Source: a virus. Taken from it: 64,000 bases of DNA. The stretch's first letter is position 1; the number at the start of each line of letters is the position of its first letter. Location of the stretch: the IMG/VR virus record IMGVR_UViG_3300010413_002638, positions 48,805 to 112,804 of that record; one strand, written 5' to 3'. The notes beneath the pieces were generated by a model. The model worked only from the letters and a program-made list of their open reading frames with translations. It was not told the origin of the DNA and did no database searches. Positions 28,853-39,729 of the stretch are shown here, piece after piece. A program made the translations under genes and the position numbers.

Positions 28853-29629
28853 ATGGTAATACCCGAACTTGTTGACGGTTGTCAACTACGCTGTGCCCTA
28901 TGCTGGAATCGTTCCCGCGTACCATCCAATAATCAGATGTCAATGGAGGTCTTTGATAAAGTTCTAGAGAAATATGGGCGTGCTTCGCGGATAGACTGGT
29001 TCAATTGGGGTGAACCACTTTTACATAAAGAATTTCTTACTATTGCCGAACGGCTTCGTGATACTAATTCTCGCATCAGCACCAATTTTTCACTTCCAGT
29101 GTCTGACGAATACTTAGAGGCTCTTAACAATTTCAAGATTGTTTATATTTCTCTGTCTGGTATGACCGAGCAGGTGTATCGAATTTATCACAAAGGTGGG
29201 GATCACGGGTTAGTATTTGATAACATTAAACGATTCATGGCTCGTGCGACGACGCATGTACGAGTTCGTTGGTTGATACACAAACATAATCAGCATCAGT
29301 GGCATTGGTGTCGCAAATTCTGTAATTTACGGGGAATTAGATTCGAGCCAATACCATTAAATGCGGAAGTAGAAAACTTGCTCGAGGAGAGCTTCTCACA
29401 CGATCTTTATGCGAAGACAGAGAAACGAGAGAAACGAACTACGTGTCATATCATAGAGTGGCTGCCGATAGGCTGGGATGGCCGTTATTACCTATGTTGT
29501 GCGAGCCATAACGTAGATACTGGGTATACTGTGTTTGATGATATCACACCGACCCAATTGATAGATATCAAGAAGAAATTACCACTCTGTCAAGAGTGTC
29601 AGAAGTACGAGATCTGGAAATATTTCTGA
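28853..29629 (+). CDS. radical SAM protein with C-terminal Twitch/SPASM-like domain
   Basis: CQLRCALC, NWGEPLL, DGRYYLCC and CQEC motifs. Confidence 0.88.
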   Translation: MVIPELVDGCQLRCALCWNRSRVPSNNQMSMEVFDKVLEKYGRASRIDWFNWGEPLLHKEFLTIAERLRDTNSRISTNFSLPVSDEYLEALNNFKIVYISLSGMTEQVYRIYHKGGDHGLVFDNIKRFMARATTHVRVRWLIHKHNQHQWHWCRKFCNLRGIRFEPIPLNAEVENLLEESFSHDLYAKTEKREKRTTCHIIEWLPIGWDGRYYLCCASHNVDTGYTVFDDITPTQLIDIKKKLPLCQECQKYEIWKYF

Positions 29630-30219
29630 TGCAACGCATTCATGAAATTGTCTGCAAGAAGTTTGATATTGATGCTCGCTATGATAATCTGCCTTTGGCT
29701 GGAGTGACAGGTACCCGCAATGACCTGGCTGAGCTGTTCGCTGAGTTCGGATACAAGAAAGGTGCTGAAGTTGGTGTATGCGAGGGCATCTATTCAGAGA
29801 TTTTATGTAAAGCTAATCCTGAACTTGAGCTAATTTGTATTGATCCGTGGGAACCCACTTTCAAGTATACACCACGTAAAGTAAGGCGACTCCAAAAAGA
29901 AGCTACAGAAAGATTGGCTCCTTATAAGGCTACATTGATAAAAGGTTATAGCTTAGAAGTAGTAAAAACTATCCCGGACAAGTCGTTAGATTTTGTTTAT
30001 ATAGATGCCTTACACGAATTTGATCCGGTGATAATGGATATTATCAATTGGATACCAAAGATTCGTCGTGGTGGCATTATCGCTGGCCACGATTTTTGTC
30101 ACTTCAAGTATGGCGGTGTGGTATTTGCTGTGGAAGCATATACTCGTGCACACCGAATTGATCCGTGGTACGTGACACGATGTGACAGAGAACCATCCTG
30201 GTTTTGGGTGGTTCAATGA
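29629..30219 (+). CDS. class I SAM-dependent methyltransferase (Methyltransf_24-like)
   Basis: GAEVGV, DFVYIDALH and GGIIAGHD motifs. Confidence 0.9.
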   Translation: MQRIHEIVCKKFDIDARYDNLPLAGVTGTRNDLAELFAEFGYKKGAEVGVCEGIYSEILCKANPELELICIDPWEPTFKYTPRKVRRLQKEATERLAPYKATLIKGYSLEVVKTIPDKSLDFVYIDALHEFDPVIMDIINWIPKIRRGGIIAGHDFCHFKYGGVVFAVEAYTRAHRIDPWYVTRCDREPSWFWVVQ

Positions 30220-30395
30220 GTGCCGCTGCAGACACAAGTGGGTTCGTAACCGGTACAAATGTCTGCGTATTGTTGGCACTGCATCTCTTTGTCGATGAGA
30301 TCCCACATTTCTTCGAGGTCGATCTGACCGTTACGAAACATTTCGACGAGAGAAGTTATCAGCATAGTTCCTGTGTGATCTAATGAATTGAACAT
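30213..30395 (-). CDS. small hypothetical protein
   Basis: 60 aa preceded by GGAGG RBS. Confidence 0.5.
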   Translation of the reverse strand: MFNSLDHTGTMLITSLVEMFRNGQIDLEEMWDLIDKEMQCQQYADICTGYEPTCVCSGTH

Positions 30396-30486
30396 GGCCT
30401 CCGTCCTCCTATGGTCGGAGTTGCACCAGAACTTGCAAGAGCACCGATTCCAAACTATCTTTGGTCATATGCTAGCATCGCTAAAA

Positions 30487-31581
30487 CTAAGATTCTGCTT
30501 GTTCAACAGCGTATAATTCGTCGCCCTCTACGACTACTTCGTTGTGAACCGAGAATAACACTTTCTTGTCTAATTCTTTGTGGCCCTTTTTGTCCGCATC
30601 ATACCACGCCACAAAGAGATCCTTGTGTTGAGGAGCGTCCGGTTTGGTCTCTTCTTCCGTCTTCTTTTGTTTGATATCCAACCAACGTACCGACTTAGCA
30701 CCCAGATCAACCAAGCGTTTCTTGATGACTTGTTTCTCGGCAGCCGTATAATCGCGCTGGAGAGCGACCCGAATCATATTGCCAGCAATATGACTCTCAG
30801 TCTTTTCCGGCAACAATTCATCTAACAACGTACAGAACTGTGGCGGAGCTTCTTCATCTGGTAAGAACCGCTCGCCAGCCTTCCAAATGTTGATGAATTT
30901 GTGAGTATCAGTTTCCAGATCAAGACAATAGAAACCATGGGCTATATCACCTTCATCGAACTTGAAGGGAATAGGTGAACCCGGATACCACACATTTTCA
31001 CCTATTTGTTGCTTGTTGTGAAAATGGCCGGTGTAGATGCGATTGAAAGGCAGGTCCTCAAAATCGATGGTGGTCCAATTTTGGAGTAGGAAGCAGGTAT
31101 TCATGGTGGCTCCATGAATACCGATGTGTGTCAGCAAATTGTCACCGGGCTGTACCTGGTCCCTAATAGCCTTCAATACCCGCATATAGGATTTCTCGTA
31201 GGTGATGAACGGAAGAATCCAAAAGCGAGTGTCATCCACTTTGACTATTTTCACGTCTTCGACGACGGTGATGTGTTTGCGGAGGGCGGTTAGGCTGTTG
31301 ATTTCCCAAGAGTGGCGGAGGAACATGTCGTGGTTACCGGGGAAGGCGATCCATTTTTGGTGGTAATCATCGACTGTTTCTTCGAAGAAGCGGGAAACGT
31401 GGGAGAGTACTTCGATGTCTAGGCTGCGCCGGTCGTGAAAGAGATCACCGAGTATGAATACTGTGTCGATATTGGCTGCGTGGCAATATTCACGCATGAC
31501 TCGGCAGGCCCAGAGAATGTCTTGGAGGCGGCCTGGAACGCCGAAGTGAATATCAGCAGTGATGAGCAGTTTGGACATCAT
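30487..31581 (-). CDS. Mre11/SbcD-family (gp47-like) nuclease
   Basis: ADIH, LGDLFH, GNHD, GHFH and YPGSP motifs. Confidence 0.92.
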   Translation of the reverse strand: MMSKLLITADIHFGVPGRLQDILWACRVMREYCHAANIDTVFILGDLFHDRRSLDIEVLSHVSRFFEETVDDYHQKWIAFPGNHDMFLRHSWEINSLTALRKHITVVEDVKIVKVDDTRFWILPFITYEKSYMRVLKAIRDQVQPGDNLLTHIGIHGATMNTCFLLQNWTTIDFEDLPFNRIYTGHFHNKQQIGENVWYPGSPIPFKFDEGDIAHGFYCLDLETDTHKFINIWKAGERFLPDEEAPPQFCTLLDELLPEKTESHIAGNMIRVALQRDYTAAEKQVIKKRLVDLGAKSVRWLDIKQKKTEEETKPDAPQHKDLFVAWYDADKKGHKELDKKVLFSVHNEVVVEGDELYAVEQAES

Positions 31582-31850
31582 TTTCCTCTGTCTTTATATA
31601 CCAGATAGACTAAACGTTCGTACATTGAATTGGTGGGATGTCGCAACATCTTATTAATACGTATTTAGTATTTTGTAACAGTAGATGGGTACTATTATGA
31701 AAGAAAAGCGACTACCAAAGCGTGAAAAACGCAGAAAGATATATCGCTCTGACAGAGCCAATTGACCTAATAGAATATATGACAAATTATTTTCAGCGGA
31801 GATTCATTGAAAGATACCAAGGGATGTTCGAAACACACTAGGAGAAGAAA

Positions 31851-32378
31851 ATGTTTGACGCATTACTAATATCACTAGCTGATGGCCAATCCTACAAACA
31901 CGTGCGTATCTTGGAAGACCAAGATATCCAAGCTAGCGATTTCCCGAAGCTCTTCGAAGAATACACTTCCGCCTTCCACACCGATGACGGTCGTTTCGTC
32001 ATCTGCCACAATTGGGGCATCAAACTAATCCACCTAGATCGTCATCAACGTGGGACTCGAACAGGATTGAAAGTAGAAAGAATATTGGTGTCAGGAGACG
32101 CTCTGTATGCTCCGGCTACGATACTTCCAGGTGAATCCTGGTATGATAACGGAGTACCCTACTACTTCCTGAATACTAGTGGGATTACCGGTCAGTTTGT
32201 ATTTTCTACAGTAGAGGGCACGTTCCTTACCGCCGACAAGAACGTGGTAAGCGTCATATTCCCAGCGATGCCCAAACGAGCTATTACTAGCAGTGAGAAC
32301 GTCCAAAAATCCTTCGTTACTATGCGTAAGCGATCAGCAATACCTGATACTGTCAGTGGCAAGATACAACATACATGA
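31851..32378 (+). CDS. hypothetical protein
   Basis: AGGAG RBS; 175 aa. Confidence 0.7.
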   Translation: MFDALLISLADGQSYKHVRILEDQDIQASDFPKLFEEYTSAFHTDDGRFVICHNWGIKLIHLDRHQRGTRTGLKVERILVSGDALYAPATILPGESWYDNGVPYYFLNTSGITGQFVFSTVEGTFLTADKNVVSVIFPAMPKRAITSSENVQKSFVTMRKRSAIPDTVSGKIQHT

Positions 32379-32719
32379 GCGGTCTGGTCGATCTAATATA
32401 CCAATATCTGATGAACCATGAGGTGGTTGAGAGCTTGAATCCTACCGGGTTCGGTCTATCGCCACTAGCACATATTTCGTCCTCATACTACATTATTGAA
32501 TTTGTAGTGTCGGTGGAGATGCGGCGGGAGCCACCTGTCCCGTTGCTGTATCATATAAATCTTGATTCTGACAGAGCTATTCTGACTGTTTTAGATGGTA
32601 TACATGTACAAGTTTACCGATATTGTGATCCTGAGTTCCCACAAAATCTCCTCCAAGCACTCTCAAACATAAAGACCAATGTTGAACGATTTAGCAATCA
32701 CCGAACCAGTACACTTTGA
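32375..32719 (+). CDS. hypothetical protein
   Basis: Coupled start; C-terminal DPEFPQNL, similar to NPEFPTNL in 34798-35181. Confidence 0.55.
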   Translation: MSGLVDLIYQYLMNHEVVESLNPTGFGLSPLAHISSSYYIIEFVVSVEMRREPPVPLLYHINLDSDRAILTVLDGIHVQVYRYCDPEFPQNLLQALSNIKTNVERFSNHRTSTL

Positions 32720-34460
32720 TCTTGACGCGATCGATGCTTCTTTCCCTAAGCCTAGTTATCGCGACGGACAAAAAGAGGCCATCGAGTTCGCCCTCGAGTC
32801 CTTCAACGCCGGAAAACGCATAGTCATCCTCGAGTGCCCTACCGGCAGCGGCAAATCAGCCATCGGGATGACCATTGCGGACATGGTGGAACGATCTTAC
32901 TACATCACCATCACCAAAATCCTTCAAGACCAGCTTGTTGGTGACTTCGGTGATACCATCGTTAATCTCAAGGGACGAAACGCATATCCATGCACTTTCT
33001 ACAACCGAGAAGGGCAGAAGTTGGTTGATAGGAAGCTTTGGACAGCCCAAAAACTCAAGGAGGCTGTCAATGCCCGACCGACTTGTGCCACTGGTTTCTG
33101 CCGTACCAAGACTAACAGGGATATGCCCGGAGCATCTTCAAGTCATTGCTCCATGTGCTTCACAACAGATGGTCCTTTCGGAACCGGTAGACCGAAAGGT
33201 GATTTGCATGATTTGCCATATGGCATGTCATATTCTGCCTGCCCATATTACGAGACTGTCTACTCGGCCATCCAATCTCGCAAAGTGGTCATGAACTTTT
33301 CGAGCTTTCTCTATCAAACGAGCTTGACCAAGCGATTTGATGAACCGCGCGATCTGATGATTGTGGACGAGTGTCATAATATTGAGCCACAATTATTGGA
33401 CTTCGTGGCCTTTACGATTAGTGACCAGCACTTGCAGCAGTATGGCATCTTTATTCCACAATTAGCCAGTCCATATGATTATTATGTCTGGCTGGTGGAC
33501 ACTAGAGTTGCCCACTTGCTGTACGATATTATCAAGCAAGCCGAGGATGAAGAGAACCACAAGCTGGCCGACGAATTGAAATACACCTTGAAGAAGTTCC
33601 AGCTTTTCATTCATCGGATCGAAGAATCCGATGATGACCGGAATACCGAGTGGGTGGCCGATTATACGGAGAAATTGAACAGCTCTGGTGACATTCAACA
33701 CCGGTCCGTCACAATCAAACCGGTCTACGCCAACGCTTTTGCCCAACCTTTGTTGTTCAGATACGCCAAGCGGATTCTGCTGATGTCGGCGACGGTGTTG
33801 GACGTGAACGTGGTTTGTCGTTCTTTGGGTCTAAATAAGTCCGAGATAGCCGCGAAAAGGCTCAAGAACCGCTTTCCGGTCGAGAACCGTCCGATCTACC
33901 TGAATACCGTCGCGAAGATGACGGGAGGCAAGGAAGCTATGTCCAAGTGGGCTCCCGCCCTAGTATCTGGTGTCAACGAAATCGTAGAGAAGCACAAAGG
34001 CGAAAAAGGAATAATTCATACCCATAACTTCGCCATTATGGACCATCTGTTGGTTCGGTGCAAGCCGAGCGTCAAGGCTCGATTTCTCTGCCAGCGGGAT
34101 TTCATGAATAAGACGGAGATGCTGGCGGAGCATGAAAGGTTAGAGGATTCGGTGTTGATAGCTCCGGCGATGCACGAGGGTGTAGATCTCGTGGATGCTT
34201 TGAGCCGGTTCCAAATCATCTGCAAGGTACCATTTGCCAATTTCTTCGACAATCAACAATTGGCTAGGCGTGTGGAAGTCGATCGGAAATACTATATCTG
34301 GCTCACGGCACTGAAATTGGTCCAATCTTACGGGCGGAGTGTCCGTAGTGAAGATGACTACGCGGTGACTTATATTCTGGATGAGAGCATTCATCGCTTT
34401 CTGAAAGATGCGAGGAAGATGTTACCAACCTGGTTTACAGAAGCTATAAAGGACGAATAA
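32679..34460 (+). CDS. DinG/XPD (Rad3)-family ATP-dependent helicase
   Basis: PTGSGKS, LKGR..Y.C, CPY, DECHN, LMSAT, EGVD and QSYGRSVR motifs. Confidence 0.92.
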   Translation: MLNDLAITEPVHFDLDAIDASFPKPSYRDGQKEAIEFALESFNAGKRIVILECPTGSGKSAIGMTIADMVERSYYITITKILQDQLVGDFGDTIVNLKGRNAYPCTFYNREGQKLVDRKLWTAQKLKEAVNARPTCATGFCRTKTNRDMPGASSSHCSMCFTTDGPFGTGRPKGDLHDLPYGMSYSACPYYETVYSAIQSRKVVMNFSSFLYQTSLTKRFDEPRDLMIVDECHNIEPQLLDFVAFTISDQHLQQYGIFIPQLASPYDYYVWLVDTRVAHLLYDIIKQAEDEENHKLADELKYTLKKFQLFIHRIEESDDDRNTEWVADYTEKLNSSGDIQHRSVTIKPVYANAFAQPLLFRYAKRILLMSATVLDVNVVCRSLGLNKSEIAAKRLKNRFPVENRPIYLNTVAKMTGGKEAMSKWAPALVSGVNEIVEKHKGEKGIIHTHNFAIMDHLLVRCKPSVKARFLCQRDFMNKTEMLAEHERLEDSVLIAPAMHEGVDLVDALSRFQIICKVPFANFFDNQQLARRVEVDRKYYIWLTALKLVQSYGRSVRSEDDYAVTYILDESIHRFLKDARKMLPTWFTEAIKDE

Positions 34461-34801
34461 TGTGCACATATTATCCCTATCAACCACAAGATGCTAAATC
34501 TAATCTCGACTCTACTCTCGGCAAGGTGGAGATGGAACACGCCGCTGCTGTGATTATCCAACAAGCCCAAAAGCAGGGCAATTGGAATGTGCGTGTTCTT
34601 TTGTGTGGTTATTCTAATCATGATACTGTATATGGTATGGAACTACTTGCTGGCTACGGCTGGTTAATATTTTTACCCGACGAGGAACGATGGACTATTA
34701 CGCCTGAATTCATCAAGCGAGTCTGTCAGAGTACCGAAGATCGGGATCTACACCGAGCTATCCAAGACTACGACGTGAAACCAGATGATTATTCACCATG
34801 A
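34460..34801 (+). CDS. hypothetical protein
   Basis: Translationally coupled ORF. Confidence 0.6.
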   Translation: MCTYYPYQPQDAKSNLDSTLGKVEMEHAAAVIIQQAQKQGNWNVRVLLCGYSNHDTVYGMELLAGYGWLIFLPDEERWTITPEFIKRVCQSTEDRDLHRAIQDYDVKPDDYSP

Positions 34802-35181
34802 CAATTGATAATATCACGATAGAACGTGCTGCCTCTAAGCTCATCGAAGAAGGTCTAGAGGTGGCAGATATTTCTGGTCATTTCAATGTAAGGCGTGAAG
34901 GGTATCGCCGAATTATTATCTCCGGTCCCGGAGAATCTCATTGTGACAATCACAGGGAAGGTGTTTGGATCTATACCTATACCCATTGTTCTCGCGTCCG
35001 CACTAATCCTTTCCGAGAGTTAAATGAAGACCGGTACTTCGAGCATTCTAATCCTGAGTTCCCCACGAATTTAATCAGATATGTGGAGCTTGCCACATGT
35101 TCTTGGGCGGATTGGTGGGAGGTCTTCGAGAGGGAAGAAGGGGAGCGTGAACAATGCGAGTCTATCGACTCTTGCGAATAG
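34798..35181 (+). CDS. hypothetical protein
   Basis: Translationally coupled ORF. Confidence 0.6.
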   Translation: MTIDNITIERAASKLIEEGLEVADISGHFNVRREGYRRIIISGPGESHCDNHREGVWIYTYTHCSRVRTNPFRELNEDRYFEHSNPEFPTNLIRYVELATCSWADWWEVFEREEGEREQCESIDSCE

Positions 35182-35489
35182 GGCGGCTCAAACAACGAAT
35201 GGTGCCGTACAAACGTGCCCTAGACGATAAAGCATTACCCGCTGATCGGCGTATTATCGCCCTAACCGAAGATGGGTTGGACAATCCACGAGCCGAACCG
35301 GTCATTATCACTGATGACAGCTTGGTTCTCTTCGCAGATGGCCAAATCTGGCATCTAGGCGGTACCGCTTCTCTGGAAACGTGCCAGATACCCGATGGTT
35401 ATCGACCTTCTTACAATTGGCAGGCGGACCAACCTCGGCGATCATATAAGTGTTATATGATCTGGCAATCATTTCAATCTACTCCGTAG
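35154..35489 (+). CDS. hypothetical protein
   Basis: 111 aa ORF. Confidence 0.5.
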   Translation: MRVYRLLRIGRLKQRMVPYKRALDDKALPADRRIIALTEDGLDNPRAEPVIITDDSLVLFADGQIWHLGGTASLETCQIPDGYRPSYNWQADQPRRSYKCYMIWQSFQSTP

Positions 35490-36143
35490 CCACTCCCGCC
35501 AAGGTCGGATGCTGGGACGGTAGTGGATATTTTCTTTTTCCGCCTTGTCCGCTATAACCACGCAACGTTTCGCTTGCCATTCCCAGATTTTATTCAGCTC
35601 TTCGCGGTCTTTGTAGTTGGCTGGTACCATTTCTTTTAGGACGTGGCAATAATAGCCGAACTCACAGGCCCGCTCGATTTCTAACCAGGCCGGTTCGCGT
35701 ACTCTGCTGTAGACAGCGACGGCAGCACCATTAGTATATGCAGTCCATTCGTCATATACATATAATGCTGTTTCATCCCAATATCTCTGTTGCTCGCAGA
35801 GGTAGCAGGGATAGCCACCGCCGCGATATCTGACGCATCGTGCTAGTTGGGACAAGCGAATGCCGGTCTTGGAGACTTTGACGAATCGTTTCTGTCCAAC
35901 ATAATAACATTGAGCACCGTATTGATTTCGCAGTATACTATTGATCCCATGTGTTGATTCATGTACGGTGGTGAGTGTACTCCCACTTTTGTAGATGGAA
36001 GGAGCATTTGCCAAGGAGTATGGTGATTGGAAGAATGTTTGTCCTTCTAATGGGTTGAAATAAGCCAAGCAAAATGGTATTAGTTGTAACACCATGATAC
36101 GAAGCGATACCTCGGGTCTAAACATCTGTTCCTCGCTTGCCAA
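35469..36143 (-). CDS. putative secreted zincin-like metallopeptidase
   Basis: Hydrophobic N-terminus, VHESTHG (HExxH) and downstream DEWTAY. Confidence 0.5.
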   Translation of the reverse strand: MASEEQMFRPEVSLRIMVLQLIPFCLAYFNPLEGQTFFQSPYSLANAPSIYKSGSTLTTVHESTHGINSILRNQYGAQCYYVGQKRFVKVSKTGIRLSQLARCVRYRGGGYPCYLCEQQRYWDETALYVYDEWTAYTNGAAVAVYSRVREPAWLEIERACEFGYYCHVLKEMVPANYKDREELNKIWEWQAKRCVVIADKAEKENIHYRPSIRPWREWLRSRLK

Positions 36144-36210
36144 TGGGATTATTGAGAGTCCCGTCTTGTGGCGTATTTATGGGTAAAACACTCCCGTCCG
36201 AGGTATACCC

Positions 36211-38040
36211 ATGCTTGAATTAAGAAGCGTTTCCTGGCGTAATTTCATGTCCTATGGTGATTATGTCTCTACACTTGATCTCACCACTCTGGGACAATGC
36301 CTTATTACCGGAGAGGTTATTGAGTCTGACGTCAAGGAAACATATGATTCTGCTAACCCAATTCCAATAAGGAAGTCCAACGGGGCTGGCAAATCAACAA
36401 TCCCTAGCGTGATTCAGTGGGTGCTCTTTGGACGCACCATGCACTCGGCGAATCCAGGCTCAAAAGTAGTCAATCATTTCACAGGGAAGGACTGTTGGGC
36501 CAAAATCGAGTTCAAGAACGGGGACAGTATCACCCGCACTAGAAATTTGGACGGAACCAACGAACTTATCTACGTCCTCAACGGCGACGAAAACGTCGTC
36601 ACTGCCAACACCCTGTCAACCGTCCAAAACCAACAAAAACAACTCGCCCGTGCTTTCAACCTCGATTGGGAAATGTTCTGCGGCAGTGTCTTCTTCAACC
36701 AGTATAGCAAGCCATGGATGGAAATGGCTGACCAGTCCCGCAAGAAAGCCATCGAACGAGCCCTCCACGTCGATCGATTCGAATATTACGCCAAAATAGC
36801 CAAAGGCAAACTAGCCAAAATCGAAGCCGACGTAGAAGCCAGCGACCTCAAAGTACAAGGTATCCTCAACGAGATCGAACGAATTAAAGCATCCATCGGA
36901 AGACTCCAAGCATCCGCCGCGTCCTTCGAAGACAACAAGAAAGAACGCAAGAAAGATCTCCTCCTCCGCGCCAAACGAGTCAAGGAAGAACGAGATGCCA
37001 TGGAACTACCCGATCTAGACAAACTCAAAGCCAAATGGACAGTAGTAGACAAAATCAACAAAAAGCTAGGCGAATATCGAGCCGAAGCAAACCGCATCAC
37101 CAGCGATATAGCCGAACTGAAAGGCACCAAATCTTCGCTCGAGCGAAAAATCGGCCTCTGGAATGACAAGAGCGGCACGATCTGCACCAGTTGTGAACAG
37201 ACCGTGCCAGCGGGCCACGTGGCCGCCCGCGTGGAGCCACTACAAAAATCGCTCGAAGAAACCATCGCCGAAATAGAGATCAAAGAGGCCGAACTAGGTC
37301 AGATCAGAGATACCATCGCCAAAACTCAGCAAATAGTGGCCCAAAAACAACCATCTTTGTCCACACGCGATGCTGAATCTATTCATTCTAGGCACAAGTC
37401 CAGAACAACAGAAATCAAACGACTCAAAGAACAAGCCGTTGCTATCGATGATGAAACTAATCCACATCACCAATCCATTACTGATGCCGAAAAGACGATG
37501 GAGGACCGGCAGGCAGCACTAGAGAAGATCAAAGAAGACAACGAAAAGAAGACATACCTTAGCCAACACTACCAGTACGTGTACAAAGCGTACAATGACC
37601 GGACGAAAATCAAGAGCTATGTCTTCCAGGAGCATATCCCATATATTAATGAGCGGATCAAGCATTATCTGGAGGTTTTTGGGCTTGACGTGCATATCGA
37701 GCTGACTTCTTCGCTAGGAATATCTAGTAATCTTTGGGGTTACGAATTTGAGTCCGGTGGTGAGCGAAAGCGGACAGATGTAGCCTTCATGCTGGCAATG
37801 TTTGACTTCCACGAGCAAATGTATGGTCGCCAATGTAATATTCTGGTTCTAGACGAAGTCGATGGCCGCTTGGACGATGACGGTATTGATTCTCTGATAA
37901 ATATTATCAAGGATGATCTTAGCTCCAAGGTAGAATCTATTCTGGTTATCTCCCATCGTGAGTTGATGTGGGATACGTTCGCCAATGAGGTGAAGGTCAC
38001 CAGGAAAGATAGGTTTTCGCACCTGCGGTTAGCAATATAG
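36211..38040 (+). CDS. Rad50/SbcC-family (gp46-like) ATPase
   Basis: NFMSYG, NGAGKST, coiled coil with CTSC hook, SGGE, and LDEVDGRLD...ISH. Confidence 0.93.
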   Translation: MLELRSVSWRNFMSYGDYVSTLDLTTLGQCLITGEVIESDVKETYDSANPIPIRKSNGAGKSTIPSVIQWVLFGRTMHSANPGSKVVNHFTGKDCWAKIEFKNGDSITRTRNLDGTNELIYVLNGDENVVTANTLSTVQNQQKQLARAFNLDWEMFCGSVFFNQYSKPWMEMADQSRKKAIERALHVDRFEYYAKIAKGKLAKIEADVEASDLKVQGILNEIERIKASIGRLQASAASFEDNKKERKKDLLLRAKRVKEERDAMELPDLDKLKAKWTVVDKINKKLGEYRAEANRITSDIAELKGTKSSLERKIGLWNDKSGTICTSCEQTVPAGHVAARVEPLQKSLEETIAEIEIKEAELGQIRDTIAKTQQIVAQKQPSLSTRDAESIHSRHKSRTTEIKRLKEQAVAIDDETNPHHQSITDAEKTMEDRQAALEKIKEDNEKKTYLSQHYQYVYKAYNDRTKIKSYVFQEHIPYINERIKHYLEVFGLDVHIELTSSLGISSNLWGYEFESGGERKRTDVAFMLAMFDFHEQMYGRQCNILVLDEVDGRLDDDGIDSLINIIKDDLSSKVESILVISHRELMWDTFANEVKVTRKDRFSHLRLAI

Positions 38041-38082
38041 TTATCAAATATAAAAGGAACAGTTGACTCCGGGAGCTACTCT

Positions 38083-38628
38083 ATGGATTCCCATACTACT
38101 GAACATATCAAGCACGTCACGAACACCGAAGTTGTTCGACGCTTGCTTATCCGCTATTTTATGGAAAAGGGATTCACGGAGAGCTTCGACCGGCATCTCT
38201 ATCCTGCCCTTCTCCAAGATCTGACACTTCGTGTTCCACAACTCACCACGAAGATCGAAATAGTTCCCTTTGCCGAAGAAGTGGATACATTCCAGGGTAA
38301 AGCCATCTTGGGTTGGAACCTCTTCGTCCTCGGGAATCAACGGATGTACCTGGGGCAGACCTACCATAACGATTTGCGGAGTCTAGCTCGGCAACTCCAA
38401 ACGGGAATGGTAGTTATTCCTGAGGGAAGTGTTATTAATGCCCGCCGTCAGACGACGCCACGCAGAGTAGTAACTTTCATTACTCGCGTGTTGGAGTCGC
38501 ACGAGGCTGGTTATGTGGATTTGTCGGTTGCTACAAATCCGAAGAAGATTGGCGAGCCATATGCCACGAAGAATAGCCTAATGGGCATGCCGCAGCAATT
38601 TTTTACACGTAGTGGGTACGGCGTGTGA
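38083..38628 (+). CDS. hypothetical protein
   Basis: 181 aa, GGAG RBS. Confidence 0.7.
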   Translation: MDSHTTEHIKHVTNTEVVRRLLIRYFMEKGFTESFDRHLYPALLQDLTLRVPQLTTKIEIVPFAEEVDTFQGKAILGWNLFVLGNQRMYLGQTYHNDLRSLARQLQTGMVVIPEGSVINARRQTTPRRVVTFITRVLESHEAGYVDLSVATNPKKIGEPYATKNSLMGMPQQFFTRSGYGV

Positions 38629-38670
38629 AAGAACAGTTTCGTCATGTAAATATAACATGGAGGTTATATT

Positions 38671-39402
38671 ATGCACGAAACTATCAACGAATCAGGAAAT
38701 GTCTACGGCAAATGGATAGTACTATCGAAGTACAAATCCACCACTTCTTCTGCCGCTTGGCTTTGCCGCTGTGAATGCGGGTACGAACGACCAATTCTTG
38801 GCGTCGATCTCCGTCGTAATAAACTGCCGTTGTGTACTAATTGTTGTCGCGTTTGTGGCAAGACCAGGAACGAAACCGAGTTCAAGGGTAATAAACGTAT
38901 CTGTAAAGAATGCGACAAACGGCGAATAAAAGAATGGAAAACGGCTACGAACTATCAGAAGCAATATATGAACCCCTGGCTTAAAAGGAATCCAGAAGCT
39001 GTTGCCAGGCACAAAGAAACAGAACGAGATCGCTTACAGTCAGATCCGTACATTTTCCTTTGTTATAAATTGAAGGATATACGTAGGAAAATCAAGAGAG
39101 CCGATAAAAATCTATCTCTTGGCACTAAACAAAGATCTAGGCTAATTGACCGCGAGGTCACTATAACCGAAGAAGAACTTATCGCTCTTTGGGACAAGCA
39201 GAATGGGTTATGTGCTATTTCTGGTATGCCGATGGCTCACGAGTTCAAGAATCTTCGGTCTGCTAGTATTGATCGGATTGATAGTAGTAAGGGATATGTG
39301 CCTGGGAATGTCCAATTGGTATGTCAGTGGGTGAACTACGCTAAGAATAACCATGCCGACGCGGAAATAAGAGAGGTATTGGCCGAATATGGCAAAGCGT
39401 AG
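38671..39402 (+). CDS. HNH-like (homing) endonuclease
   Basis: YGKWIVL...WLCRCECG N-terminal module; SIDRIDSSKGYVPGNVQLVC...N..KN. Confidence 0.8.
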   Translation: MHETINESGNVYGKWIVLSKYKSTTSSAAWLCRCECGYERPILGVDLRRNKLPLCTNCCRVCGKTRNETEFKGNKRICKECDKRRIKEWKTATNYQKQYMNPWLKRNPEAVARHKETERDRLQSDPYIFLCYKLKDIRRKIKRADKNLSLGTKQRSRLIDREVTITEEELIALWDKQNGLCAISGMPMAHEFKNLRSASIDRIDSSKGYVPGNVQLVCQWVNYAKNNHADAEIREVLAEYGKA

Positions 39403-39682
39403 AAAGCAAAAACGACAGAAGGGTTGGAAACAACCAAAATATCACCAATATATTAAATCAAAGGCTTGGCGCAATAGACGAAAACAAGCATTGATTGCGG
39501 CTAATTTTCGTTGTGAGATATGTGGTAGCACCGAAGACTTGCACGTTCACCATCTTAATTACAAGAGAGTTGGCAGAGAAAAGAAAGAAGATCTACAAGT
39601 ATTATGCGATCAGTGCCACAAAAACGAACATGATATACCAACATTTCTCGATGAGGAGTATGCCGCCATTGTCGGCGATTAG
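39389..39682 (+). CDS. HNH endonuclease
   Basis: CEICG...LHVHH...LCDQCH..EH. Confidence 0.85.
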   Translation: MAKRRKQKRQKGWKQPKYHQYIKSKAWRNRRKQALIAANFRCEICGSTEDLHVHHLNYKRVGREKKEDLQVLCDQCHKNEHDIPTFLDEEYAAIVGD

Positions 39683-39729
39683 CAAATTTATTGTATGAAG
39701 CTCTCTGCTAGGCTATGGTGTATGATTAA

